Positions 54,434 through 63,653 of a stretch of DNA of 64,000 nt are shown piece by piece. Below the pieces are notes generated by a model. That model saw only the letters and a list, made by a program, of their open reading frames with translations. It was not told where the DNA came from and did not search any database. The DNA is from Pelagomonas calceolata. Taxonomy: Eukaryota. The stretch's first letter is position 1, and each line of letters opens with the position of its first letter. The DNA lies in the NCBI GenBank assembly GCA_918797485.1, contig CAKKNE010000004.1, positions 4,526,001 through 4,590,000 of the forward strand, given 5' to 3'. The position numbers and the translations under genes were made by a program.

Positions 54434-55255
54434 ATGGCAAGCAGCACCAAAGCCCAGCTCTCACTGATCGACGTCGCGAAGTGCTTCTCGAGCGGCGCCG
54501 TCGCCGGCGTCGTCTGCGACTCGCTGCTGTACCCGCTGGATCTTTGCAGAGCGCGACTCAACGCGCCGCGGCCGCGCGGCGCGCCGACGCTCCCGTCAGA
54601 TCCATTAAGGGCGCTGCTGGCTATAAGCAGGGAGCTGCGGCCGAAGCCGCGGGCGCTCTATCGAGGGCTCCTCTGTGTGCCATTCTTCGCGCCGGCGGCG
54701 TACGGGCTCTATTTTTCCGCGTACGAGGTCGCCTCCCGGAAAACGGAGTCCGAGCTGGCCGCGGGGTTATGTGCTGAAGCTTGTGCAAATCCCTGCTACA
54801 TTCCCTATGACGTCGTGAAGCAGCGGTACATGGTCGGCCGCGCGCGCGGCACCGTCGTCACCGCGACGCGACTCATTTTGAGGCGGGACGGCCTGCGCGG
54901 TTTATATAGGGGCTTCCTGCTGACGTTCGCCACCTACGGTCCTTTTAGTGCGATCTACTTCTGGAGCTACGACTTATTTACGCGACGCATGGGACAGTAT
55001 CCGCTCATAAACGGCACGCTCGCCGGCGCGGTGGCCGGCGTCGCGACGCAGCCCGTGGACTGGCTGAAGACGCGGGTCCAGGTGTCCGCCGACGTCGGCG
55101 GGTCCTCATCGCGTATTGTTTTTGATGCGATCCGCGACGAGGGCGTCTCCGCATTATTCCGGGGCGCGGCGGCGCGCGCGTTCTGGCTCGGGGCTTCTTG
55201 TGGGATCACGATGCAGGTTTATGAGTCCGCGAAGGCGGGGCTTGGGGTGAGTTAG
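54434..55255 (+). CDS. Mitochondrial carrier family (SLC25) protein
   Basis: Three PxDxxK/R motifs: PLDLCRAR, PYDVVKQR, PVDWLKTR. Confidence 0.93.
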   Translation: MASSTKAQLSLIDVAKCFSSGAVAGVVCDSLLYPLDLCRARLNAPRPRGAPTLPSDPLRALLAISRELRPKPRALYRGLLCVPFFAPAAYGLYFSAYEVASRKTESELAAGLCAEACANPCYIPYDVVKQRYMVGRARGTVVTATRLILRRDGLRGLYRGFLLTFATYGPFSAIYFWSYDLFTRRMGQYPLINGTLAGAVAGVATQPVDWLKTRVQVSADVGGSSSRIVFDAIRDEGVSALFRGAAARAFWLGASCGITMQVYESAKAGLGVS

Positions 55256-55472
55256 TGTTTTTTGTTTGTATTTGCTCTTTCGCGTGTTTCTTGCGTCGAG
55301 AGGCAAAGCCCGCCGTGGGTCCTCGGCCCCGCCCATCGGTCATAAGGCGTAAGGAGGAGTGCCCGCCGAGCAATGATGGCGGCGTCGCGCCGAACACAAC
55401 AGCTCTCCGCAGATCTCACAGAAGGCGGAATTCACGCGTTTTCAGGCACCTCTACCGCACCAAAACACAATC

Positions 55473-56102
55473 ATGCAGCGATTACTTGTCACTCTTTGCC
55501 TCGGCGCCGCGTCGGCGTTCGCGCCGCAAGTTTCGACGACGAACAGCCTTGTTAGGCTGCAGGCCAATCCCATCGACATCTACAGCAGTCCTGCGGCGCG
55601 GAATCGCGACTTCGTACATTCGTGGGAGCGGCAGCAATTGGACTACTTCGCGCTGCCAATCGTCGCGCTGCCGGAAGCCCGGACATCAAAGTTAGCGACG
55701 TGACGCCACCGCGCTCTGAGGCCGATAGAGGATCGATTCCCGCGCGCAGGCGCGGCCGAGGACTGCTTGCAGGAGGAGTGCTCCGTCGACACGGTCCAGA
55801 TGCTCGTGGGCCAGCTCAAGACGCGCGAGCAGGAGCTCGCGAAGAAGGGCCGCATCGTCGACTACGAGCGCGAGGCCGCACTCGCGGGCGTGCGCACGAT
55901 GATCCACGACCTTGAAGGCGCCGACGCGGCGTCCTCGCTATTTTCACGCCATCGACGCGGCGGGGGGATGGCGTTGCGGTAGGGTAGAATTCCGACGCCA
56001 TCGACACGTGCCCGCGCAGGCCCGGCCGACCCCAACCCCGTAGTCCTTGCCGTCAAGGCCGCGTTCGACCTGAACAAGGCCAACGTCTACGTCAACAAGT
56101 GA
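55473..56102 (+). CDS. Small plastid-targeted protein (~120 aa), three exons (55473-55584, 55750-55917, 56020-56102)
   Basis: ASAFAP motif; frame restored by introns 55585(or 55588)-55749 and GC-AG 55918-56019; mature part AEDCLQEECSVDTVQMLVGQLK. Confidence 0.7.
55591..55749 (+). mobile_element. Introner-like element with variant TIR
   Basis: CTGCGGCGCGGAATCG is a near-perfect inverted repeat of CGATTCCCGCGCGCAG; AG of the TIR is the acceptor. Confidence 0.6.
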
Positions 56103-56201
56103 GGGGCCGCAGGCGCCCTCCCTGATAAAGACAACAGACAGTATTTACTAGATACAGGCGAGGCAGACGCCCTCGACGCCATCGACGCGACACACTTGGC
56201 T

Positions 56202-57269
56202 CTAGAACACCAGTAGGTCGTCGTCTGAGAGCGGCACAGGGTCCGAGGAGGCGTCCGAGAGCTCCTCCTCGGGCTCATCGATGACCCACTCGACTTCCTC
56301 CTCCTCCTCCTCACTCTCCGAAAAGAGCAACTCGTTCACGCGCGCCCAGAGCTCCGGACGGCCCTGGCGCGTCGTCGACGAGAAGAAGAGCGGCTCGGTC
56401 GCGTAAAAGTCCTCGAGCGCGTTTAGTGAGTTAGCGAACTCCGCCGAGCTTTTTAGTTTGTCTATTTTGGTCGCCACGAGCACCACGGGCAGGTTCTTGG
56501 ACCGCAGCACTTGTATAATCTCCATATCTTCAGGGTTCGGGTCCCTTCTACAGTCCACCAAAAAAACAATACCGCGTAACTGCCGCCTCCCATCGAGATA
56601 CGCCTCCAAGAACCGCGAGATGTCGGCCTGCTGCGCGTCCGCAATCTTCGCGAAGCCGTAGCCGGGCAAATCAACAACTCGAGCTCGTCCACCTCCCGAA
56701 TCTTCAATCTCGAATAAATTGAGTAATCGCGTCCGGCCCGGCGTCCGGCCCGTGACGGCCACGCCTTTTCGAGCGCCTACGAGCGCGTTGAGCATCGAGG
56801 ACTTGCCCACGTTACTTCTTCCGACGAAGGCAATCTCCGGCAGCGGGTCGCGCGGCATCTCGTCCGGGGTAGTATACGAACCTAGGAAGCTAGCTTCTAA
56901 CTGTCGGTTGCTTTGGATCGGCCGCTTCGCTTGACCTTTTGTGGGCTCGGCTCGTGGTGTTGTAGGAGGTGGTCGCCGCGCCTTCTTCTCTGTAATTTCA
57001 ACCACATCGGGCGTGCCGCCCCGCGTGTCCCGTCCTCTCAACCGTTCCGTGCGCCGCGCCTTGCTCTCCCGCCTCTTCTTCTGCAGCGCTTCGTAGGTCT
57101 TCGCGGCCTTGGCCTCCTCCTTCGCGGCCTCGTCGAGGCGCTTCCGGGCGGCCTTGGCGGCCTTGTTCTTCGGGCGGCCGCCGAAGCAGACGGTGTGTTG
57201 TGCTTTTTGTGGCTGCGGCGGCGTGAAGGCGGCAGCGATCGCTATGAGGGCCCAGACGTGGAGACGCAT
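56202..57269 (-). CDS. engB: EngB/YihA ribosome-biogenesis GTPase, plastid-targeted
   Basis: PEIAFVGRSNVGKSS, TPGRT, DLPGYG, TKIDK; AAA-F presequence. Confidence 0.92.
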   Translation of the reverse strand: MRLHVWALIAIAAAFTPPQPQKAQHTVCFGGRPKNKAAKAARKRLDEAAKEEAKAAKTYEALQKKRRESKARRTERLRGRDTRGGTPDVVEITEKKARRPPPTTPRAEPTKGQAKRPIQSNRQLEASFLGSYTTPDEMPRDPLPEIAFVGRSNVGKSSMLNALVGARKGVAVTGRTPGRTRLLNLFEIEDSGGGRARVVDLPGYGFAKIADAQQADISRFLEAYLDGRRQLRGIVFLVDCRRDPNPEDMEIIQVLRSKNLPVVLVATKIDKLKSSAEFANSLNALEDFYATEPLFFSSTTRQGRPELWARVNELLFSESEEEEEEVEWVIDEPEEELSDASSDPVPLSDDDLLVF

Positions 57270-57610
57270 CGTCGACAGCGTGATCGGGCTGCTACCCTGC
57301 CGTGAATGTCCGCAGGGCGAGGTCTGTTGTGCCCGCGACGTAATAGCCTGAGCCTGAGCCTGTGCAAAGCACTGCTCTGTTTGGTATTGCCGCGGCGTCG
57401 CGCGCGCAGACAAGTGGTCTTGCGCGTGTTGGATCGCGTCTGTAGGGCGACTGCAGCGGTTGTTTCGATACCTTGCTTGCCCAGGCGCGCGCCCAGCCAG
57501 ACTTCAGGCTGCAGGCAGCAGCGCATCGCTCCGAGGTAGCAGTTGCTGTTTGCGCCGCGCGCAGCCTCACCGATTGAATTACGCCTTCAAAAGGCGAGCA
57601 GTAACACAAA

Positions 57611-58531
57611 ATGCGACGCGCAAGAGCACTGCTGTCGCTCGGCGCCCTCACGGCAGCACTGCAGCCCCTGCCGCATGCAAGCCGCCGCACGGCCCTTCGA
57701 GCGGTCGACGACGACATGGTGCTGGAGCACGACTACAAACGAAGCACGGACCACCCCGGCAGCTTCTCCGACGATGTTATAGAAGAGATCGACGAGCTCA
57801 TCGCGCTGCGGAGCGACGCGAAAAAGAATAAAAACTACAAGCAAGCGGACGCGCTGCGAGAAGAATTGAGCGGATGCTACGACGTCTACGTCGACGACGC
57901 GTTGAGAGAGTGGCGCGCCGGCGCGCCGCCGGAGCCTGAACAAGTACCGATCCCGGTCTACGACGGGCCCACCAGTGGAGGATTTGGAATAATCGACGAG
58001 GACGCCGAGTGGGAGCGGCGGCGCATTCCGAGAGGTCGGAAAGCTCTGGCCGCGCAGCGCAAGGCGTATTTCGCGTTAGATGGTGAAATCACGCAAGTCT
58101 GGGCCCGCGCGAAGGGTCGGGACTTCTTCGTCGGCCGCGTGAAAGGTGGAAATGCGGCATTTGCGATGCAGTTCGATTTGATAGATTGGTCGGCGAAGGA
58201 GCTGCACCTGCCGCTCGGCGCGTCTCGGAAAGTGGCTTATCTGATCGCGAAGGATGTAGAGCGGGCGGACGTCGCGGCGTGGGAGGCGACACCGAACCGC
58301 GAGGCCCAGCCCTCTTCGTTGAAAGCGCCTTCAGACGCCGTCGATGCGGACTTATCAGTGAGGACGGCGGACAAGGTGGGTTTTCTGGCCGCCAAAAGCC
58401 CGCTGCCTCCCACGACCCTGGGCAATCTTGTTAAAAGGTGGCGCACGCGGGGCCAGTCGGCCTCCGATTTGACGCCTGAGATGCGGCCGACGGGCTCCGC
58501 CGCCGGGAACACGGGGCGGGCCAAGCGCTAA
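57611..58531 (+). CDS. Putative plastid protein with a stand-alone CysRS C-terminal anticodon-binding-like helix bundle
   Basis: IDELIALRSDAKKNKNYKQADALREEL...VYVDD...W; presequence. Confidence 0.65.
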   Translation: MRRARALLSLGALTAALQPLPHASRRTALRAVDDDMVLEHDYKRSTDHPGSFSDDVIEEIDELIALRSDAKKNKNYKQADALREELSGCYDVYVDDALREWRAGAPPEPEQVPIPVYDGPTSGGFGIIDEDAEWERRRIPRGRKALAAQRKAYFALDGEITQVWARAKGRDFFVGRVKGGNAAFAMQFDLIDWSAKELHLPLGASRKVAYLIAKDVERADVAAWEATPNREAQPSSLKAPSDAVDADLSVRTADKVGFLAAKSPLPPTTLGNLVKRWRTRGQSASDLTPEMRPTGSAAGNTGRAKR

Positions 58532-58618
58532 GTATATCTATCCGAGTCCGTCGAACCATCGGAGTCGGACATGTATTTCTTACACGAGTCGAGGGATGAA
58601 TTTGGTCGTCACAGTAGA

Positions 58619-59730
58619 TCACCAGGCGGTGAACGTGCCCCAGACGGACCGCTGGTCCTTGAGGAACGGCAAGAGGCGCGCCGCGAGCTCGACGGGCGCC
58701 GGCGGCAGCTCGCCCACTAAATAGTGGCCGCGCTTGCCCAGCACGACGCGCTGATCACCTAATGTAACTTCAGCGCCGTCGGCGCCGCGCGCAAAGGAGT
58801 CCACCGTCTCGCGCGCGCCCGCCGCGACCGACGACGCCTCGTGCGCCTTGATGAGCTCGCGGTAGTCCAGCAGCGTGTCGAGGAACGACCGGCCTGCGTG
58901 CTTGTCTTTGTACTGCTGCTGCGCGTCCGCGAACTTGGCCGCCTGGGCCTTGTGGCGCGTCGCCGCCTTCGCGGCCTCCTCTCTCAGGGATGCGGCGTCG
59001 TCATATGGCAGCGACGTCGTGCGCAGCGTCACCTTCGTCATCTGACCGTCGCCATCTTTCACGAAGCACCAGCATTCAAAAATGTCCGGCGTATCCCGCT
59101 GCGGGCCCTGGACCTTGGCTGGCATGAGCCGCCAGCCGGCGCCACCGGCTTCTAATGTGCAAGACGAGTCGCGGCCCGACGCCGGCGTCACAATACAACC
59201 ACCTGACTCGAGGAAGCTCCACTGCGCCCGGAGGAACGCCGCGTCGCCGCCGTCCAGGCCCCGTAAAGTCGTGCGGAACTTGATTCCGGGCAACGCCGAG
59301 GGTGCCTCTTCGACAAATTCAAGGATGTTGTTCTCGATGCGCTCGAGCTTGGCCTGCTGGAGCTCGTCGGACAGCTCGGCGATGGACGCGCGCAGCGCGT
59401 CGGCCTCGTGAGCGTACTCCTCGGCGAGCGCGGCGCACGACTCGGCGTCGTGGCAGTCCGGCGGCGGCGCCGGGGCCTTCGGGGCGACCTGCGTGTTCGG
59501 CGTTGTGTTCAAGCAGGTAGTGCGCGCGGTGTAGGCGTTCCGGGCGGTGCGTCGGCAGCTTTTCGGGCGTGGGCGACGTTTCGATCGTGTGTTTTGGGCG
59601 TTTGTTCAAGCAAGTTGTTTGGAAGCTCCATTATGGGCATGACCTTTTCGACACAGCGCAGAACCTTCGTCGGTGCTAATGTATTAACAGCAACAGCTGA
59701 ACACGCGGTAATGAGGGCTGGGAGTTTCAT
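58619..59730 (-). CDS. Uncharacterised signal-peptide protein, exons 59730-59578 and 59488-58619 (340 aa)
   Basis: Phase-0 intron 59489-59577 (GTCGCC...CACGCAG) joins the MKLPALITACSAVA exon to the 297-aa ORF. Confidence 0.7.
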
Positions 59731-60108
59731 GGTGGGCGTAACAGGGCGTCAGAGCGCCGTCTTGCTAAGAATTGTTAATCATCTAGGCGAGACATACTAG
59801 AATTTTTTTTCTATCGCCCACGAAATTAGTCTTTTCGCAGCCGTGGCTACTCCCGGACATCGAATTGTACTCCTCTCGCAACCGGCGCCGAGCCTGGGGT
59901 CACCGCGATCGACGACGCGCGTGACTCCCCATGCAAAAGCACACACTGTAGACACACACCACACCGCGGCCAACTAGGTTTCGGCATCCCCGACGCACGC
60001 CATCGCCGCGACCCCCTCTCGAGCGAGACCGCCACGAGCTATTTAAACGTGTAAGCAACTTAGAGGATAGGGATAACAATAGACTTGTGCGAGGCGGACG
60101 GGCTTCTA

Positions 60109-60786
60109 CTACTCCGTGAAGAGGCGCGCGGCGTCCTTGATCGAGAATGGTCGCGAGTGCGGCGCTGCGCGCGTCCAGAACGCGTTGCCCGCGGCGACGC
60201 CGTTGATGTCGACGACGGTGAACGAATAGTCGTGGTCGAAGTCCGGATTTAATAACCGGGCGCCCGGGATGAACGTCTCGAAGACGTACGAGGCGTGGTG
60301 CTTCGAGTCGACGGGAAACCCCTCGTCAAAGACGACCTCCGCCTGGACCGTCGCGCCGTACTCGGCCAATAACCGCTCCTGAGTGCTCTGCGAGTACAGG
60401 AACTCGTCGACGCCGCCCACGACGACCAAACAATCACCCAATTCGATTCGCTGCAGCGGCTCGCGCGCCTTCGCGCAGGCGGCGCGGTCCGGCCCGACGA
60501 CCATCCGAACGTTGTGGAGCCTGGCCGCGCCGGTCGCATCGTAGGCGTTCGGTGTTCGCGCCTCCCGCTGTGCAGCGAGGTCGCGCATGAGCGATTTCTG
60601 GCAGGTCGCGTCGACGAACTTGCGCGCCTGCAGGTCGTGGCGTCCATTTTTCAATTCATCCGAGATCGTGTTGGCAGCGTGCGTCGCGCCGCGCAGCAGC
60701 TCCTCGGGTGTCGTCTTCAGCGCGTGCTGGAAGACGAACTTTTCTACTTGCGGAGCCACGAGCGTGCCCACGACAGAGCGCAGCAT
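60109..60786 (-). CDS. Uncharacterised protein (weak Tim44/MAIP1-like impression)
   Basis: 225-aa ATG ORF with coding-like composition; family call is tentative. Confidence 0.55.
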   Translation of the reverse strand: MLRSVVGTLVAPQVEKFVFQHALKTTPEELLRGATHAANTISDELKNGRHDLQARKFVDATCQKSLMRDLAAQREARTPNAYDATGAARLHNVRMVVGPDRAACAKAREPLQRIELGDCLVVVGGVDEFLYSQSTQERLLAEYGATVQAEVVFDEGFPVDSKHHASYVFETFIPGARLLNPDFDHDYSFTVVDINGVAAGNAFWTRAAPHSRPFSIKDAARLFTE

Positions 60787-61111
60787 GGTTGTGTACAGCT
60801 ATTTGCGCGGCTTCTCGTGCGCTATTTGTTGCGGCACTTGCACAGGCAATTGGAATATACCGCGTGGTACTGCGGCTGGTTGGATATCGTATTTCAAGCC
60901 GCGTCGACCGCGTACAAGGCTGCGCACTGCGAGCGGCGTCATCGGAGCAGCACGAGTCTCTGTAACCGTCGGGCTTCAAACACGGAGCTCTCGCACGCCC
61001 TCTGTTTCCGTTCCGTACCCTTCTCCTGCCTGGGTGACTGCATACTACGCCGTGATCAAGATGACCACCGTCGCGGGGCCCGCGCTCGACGCGAGTAAAC
61101 AACTAGATATA

Positions 61112-62029
61112 TTAGTCCCTCCCATCATCCGCGTCGTCGCCGAACGCGACCTGCTCCTGCATCATGTTGTGCCCCTGCATGTCCAGCCGCCCATTCATCG
61201 CCTTGGCCAGCTCGCGGCCCGTGGCGCCGTACCGCTCCCCCAGTATAGAAACGCGCTTCGCGGCGACGGCCTGGCGCACCTGCGAGTCCCGCGCGAAGAT
61301 GAGCCGCGTGCGCATCCAAGATGCTTCCGCTGGATTGGTCATCCAATTGATATACCTATCGGCGGCCTCGTCGCACGCCGCGACGGCGGCCTCGACGGCG
61401 TCGCGCGGATACCGCGCCCGCAGCGCGAGCGGCCCGCCAACAGAGCCCGCGTCGTCGTCGCCGTACTGGCGTCTTCCCTCGACCACGAGCGTCGCCCACC
61501 GCGGCGTCACAGATTCGGCGTCCACCAGCTTCGTGGCCCGCCAGGCCCGCGCCTCGGCCGAGAAGAAGAGCTCGTCATAATCAACGCGCAGAGCCTTCTG
61601 GGAGAAGCCCGCGCGCGACGTCGGCGCTGGGTACTCTCGCGCGTCCGTCGCCTCCACCGCGAGATCGTAGCCAGCATCGAGCCGCGGCCTGAAGTCGACC
61701 TCGACCTCTATATTCTCACCGTCGTCCTCGAGGGACGCGTAGAAGTGCGGCGCCTCGACGCTCGGGCCGTTCCAGGCCTCGAGCTCCCACGACGTCGACG
61801 TGCCGTCGATGATCGACGTGGCCGCGCACCAGGCGCAGTCCCGGTCCGTCGCCTCGAAGCTGACTACTGTCCCTTGAGCCCCGTCGCCGAGATCGATCAC
61901 GTCTTCCTGCAGCGGCGTCGCGGGCTGCAGGGCGGTGTGCAGCTTGTGCATGGTGGCACGCATCGATGCGCCGACGTCGAGCGCCGATGCATGGCTCGCG
62001 GCCAGCGCTATTGCTATTGCAAGCTGCAT
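61112..62029 (-). CDS. Red chlorophyll catabolite reductase-like (ferredoxin-dependent bilin reductase fold), plastid-targeted
   Basis: ASA-L presequence; WNGPSVEAPHF...VEVDFRPRLD...YINW...RD pattern. Confidence 0.6.
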   Translation of the reverse strand: MQLAIAIALAASHASALDVGASMRATMHKLHTALQPATPLQEDVIDLGDGAQGTVVSFEATDRDCAWCAATSIIDGTSTSWELEAWNGPSVEAPHFYASLEDDGENIEVEVDFRPRLDAGYDLAVEATDAREYPAPTSRAGFSQKALRVDYDELFFSAEARAWRATKLVDAESVTPRWATLVVEGRRQYGDDDAGSVGGPLALRARYPRDAVEAAVAACDEAADRYINWMTNPAEASWMRTRLIFARDSQVRQAVAAKRVSILGERYGATGRELAKAMNGRLDMQGHNMMQEQVAFGDDADDGRD

Positions 62030-62185
62030 GGCAAAAGGCTGCGTCTGCAGCGTCGAAGGCGTGCAAGTGTGCTGACACACGTCGCCGGCGTGAAGCTGTG
62101 GTCTTGAACAGCACGGGGCTAGTGCGTAACGGGTATTTTATGCAGCTATGCAGCTCCAATTGCCAATTGCCCACGCCGCACCGAG

Positions 62186-62207
62186 CTAGCGGCATGTAAG
62201 ACACTAG
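62186..62207 (+). promoter_or_regulatory. CTAG-box motif copy (CTAGCGGCATGTAAGACACTAG)
   Basis: ~155 bp upstream of the RCCR-like ATG. Confidence 0.75.
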
Positions 62208-62426
62208 CAGAATCGGAACGCACATGCAGCCATTTGAGTACCGTTCGGTTCGCTAATGGTCCAAAGAGATCAATGGGACACGTACCGGGGGCCGAAAAAG
62301 GAAATTTTTTAATTCGCGGCCGAGGGCGCCCTACAGTCTATGGCGGCCGCGCCGGTTTAATCCTGTCAATCCGTGGTCCTGAGATCTCCCTGGGGTCGTT
62401 TAAGGTGGTACTATACATGGTTAGTC

Positions 62427-62564
62427 GCCTACGCCGCATGCGCCGCCGCTTCGAGGGATTATCGGCCAATTCTCTCAACACTCCAAGCCATTCGAGCATG
62501 AATTACTTGGCAATGGCTTCCAGAGCCCTCGGGGGGCCCAAGCGCCGGCGTATGCGGCGCAGGC
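62427..62564. repeat. Long imperfect inverted repeat (25-bp arms, nested inner stems)
   Basis: 62427-62451 vs 62540-62564 match 22/25; inner CGAGGG/CCCTCG and AAGCCATT/AATGGCTT. Confidence 0.75.
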
Positions 62565-63653
62565 TACTACCCACTACCAGACCTACCCCGAGAGGCCTCC
62601 AGGAGCCGATCTGCCCCCGAAAAAAGTGTGTAATTTGGGCCCGATGGCGCCCCGTCCCCGTAAAAAACGTCAATTACCCGAGGGCCCCCAGTAGTCGCCG
62701 TAGCGGTCTCGTTGGACCCCATACTACCCCAGCGATAGTCAATTACAAGTATATGACATCTACACCACGAGAAGGGTACTTTTGGTTGCCCAGGCTCGGG
62801 ACGTGAACATCTTGATCTGGACCTCGCGCAAGTCGGTCGATCATGGAACAAATGATCGCGTTATGATCCATGGTGAAGGTACACGGGCTGCTGGTCGCAG
62901 GTCCAGGTCTGAAGCTCGAATTGGCGAGATGTTGGGCCCGCGAGACAGTCGACCCGCGCCGAGCATCTTTGGGTCTCGGAGCAATGTAGTAGCCAATCAG
63001 GCCGGTTATCTGGCCTGTCCCATACCCGAAGCGCCTAGAAAGCAAATGTATTTCACAACTCACCGGTCTGGGGCCAATTCAGTGCCCCGCGTACGCACCG
63101 TCGCCCGCGGAGAACGGGCAAGTCGGTCGATTGTGAATAGAACAACGGCGTTATGGTCCATCTGGATGGTGGCGTCGCTGATACTCGCGGGTCTAGGTTC
63201 TGATGTCGTTTTCGCAAAAACATGAGGGCGTGAAGTCGACGAATCGCGCGGAGCTTTTGGCGCCCGTTATATATATAGGCAACTGTACTAGCGCTCTAGA
63301 TGGAATCTACCAACAATAAACGGATGGAAACGAACATAAATTCGAGAGTCGTCTAGTAGAATTCTTCTCCCGCCCTCCGAGCGCGGGCCGTCGGCTCCGG
63401 TTCCGTCGATTGTGTATGAAAACTGGGCTGGAGTTGATATGATGTACCATTTGGACGGTAGATGGCGCCGTCGATCGCTGGTGTATTTTGGCGAGCCGCA
63501 AGACATAGTCATCTAGCGCATCGACATACTAGGACGCATCTCACGCCGGCGAGGATATGTTCCTGGCCCCTGCCCGTCAACGAATGGCCTCGCGGGCATG
63601 TGTTGAGACCTACCACACCACACGCCATCGACGCGAGGTATAAGACAACCACA

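Noticed and set aside
275..62107. Many long antisense or alternative-frame ORFs (e.g. 275-850, 3607-4533, 8023-8976, 23455-24237, 60587-62107)
   Set aside because: Arg/Ala/Ser-rich shadow frames of real genes in high-GC DNA; no motifs
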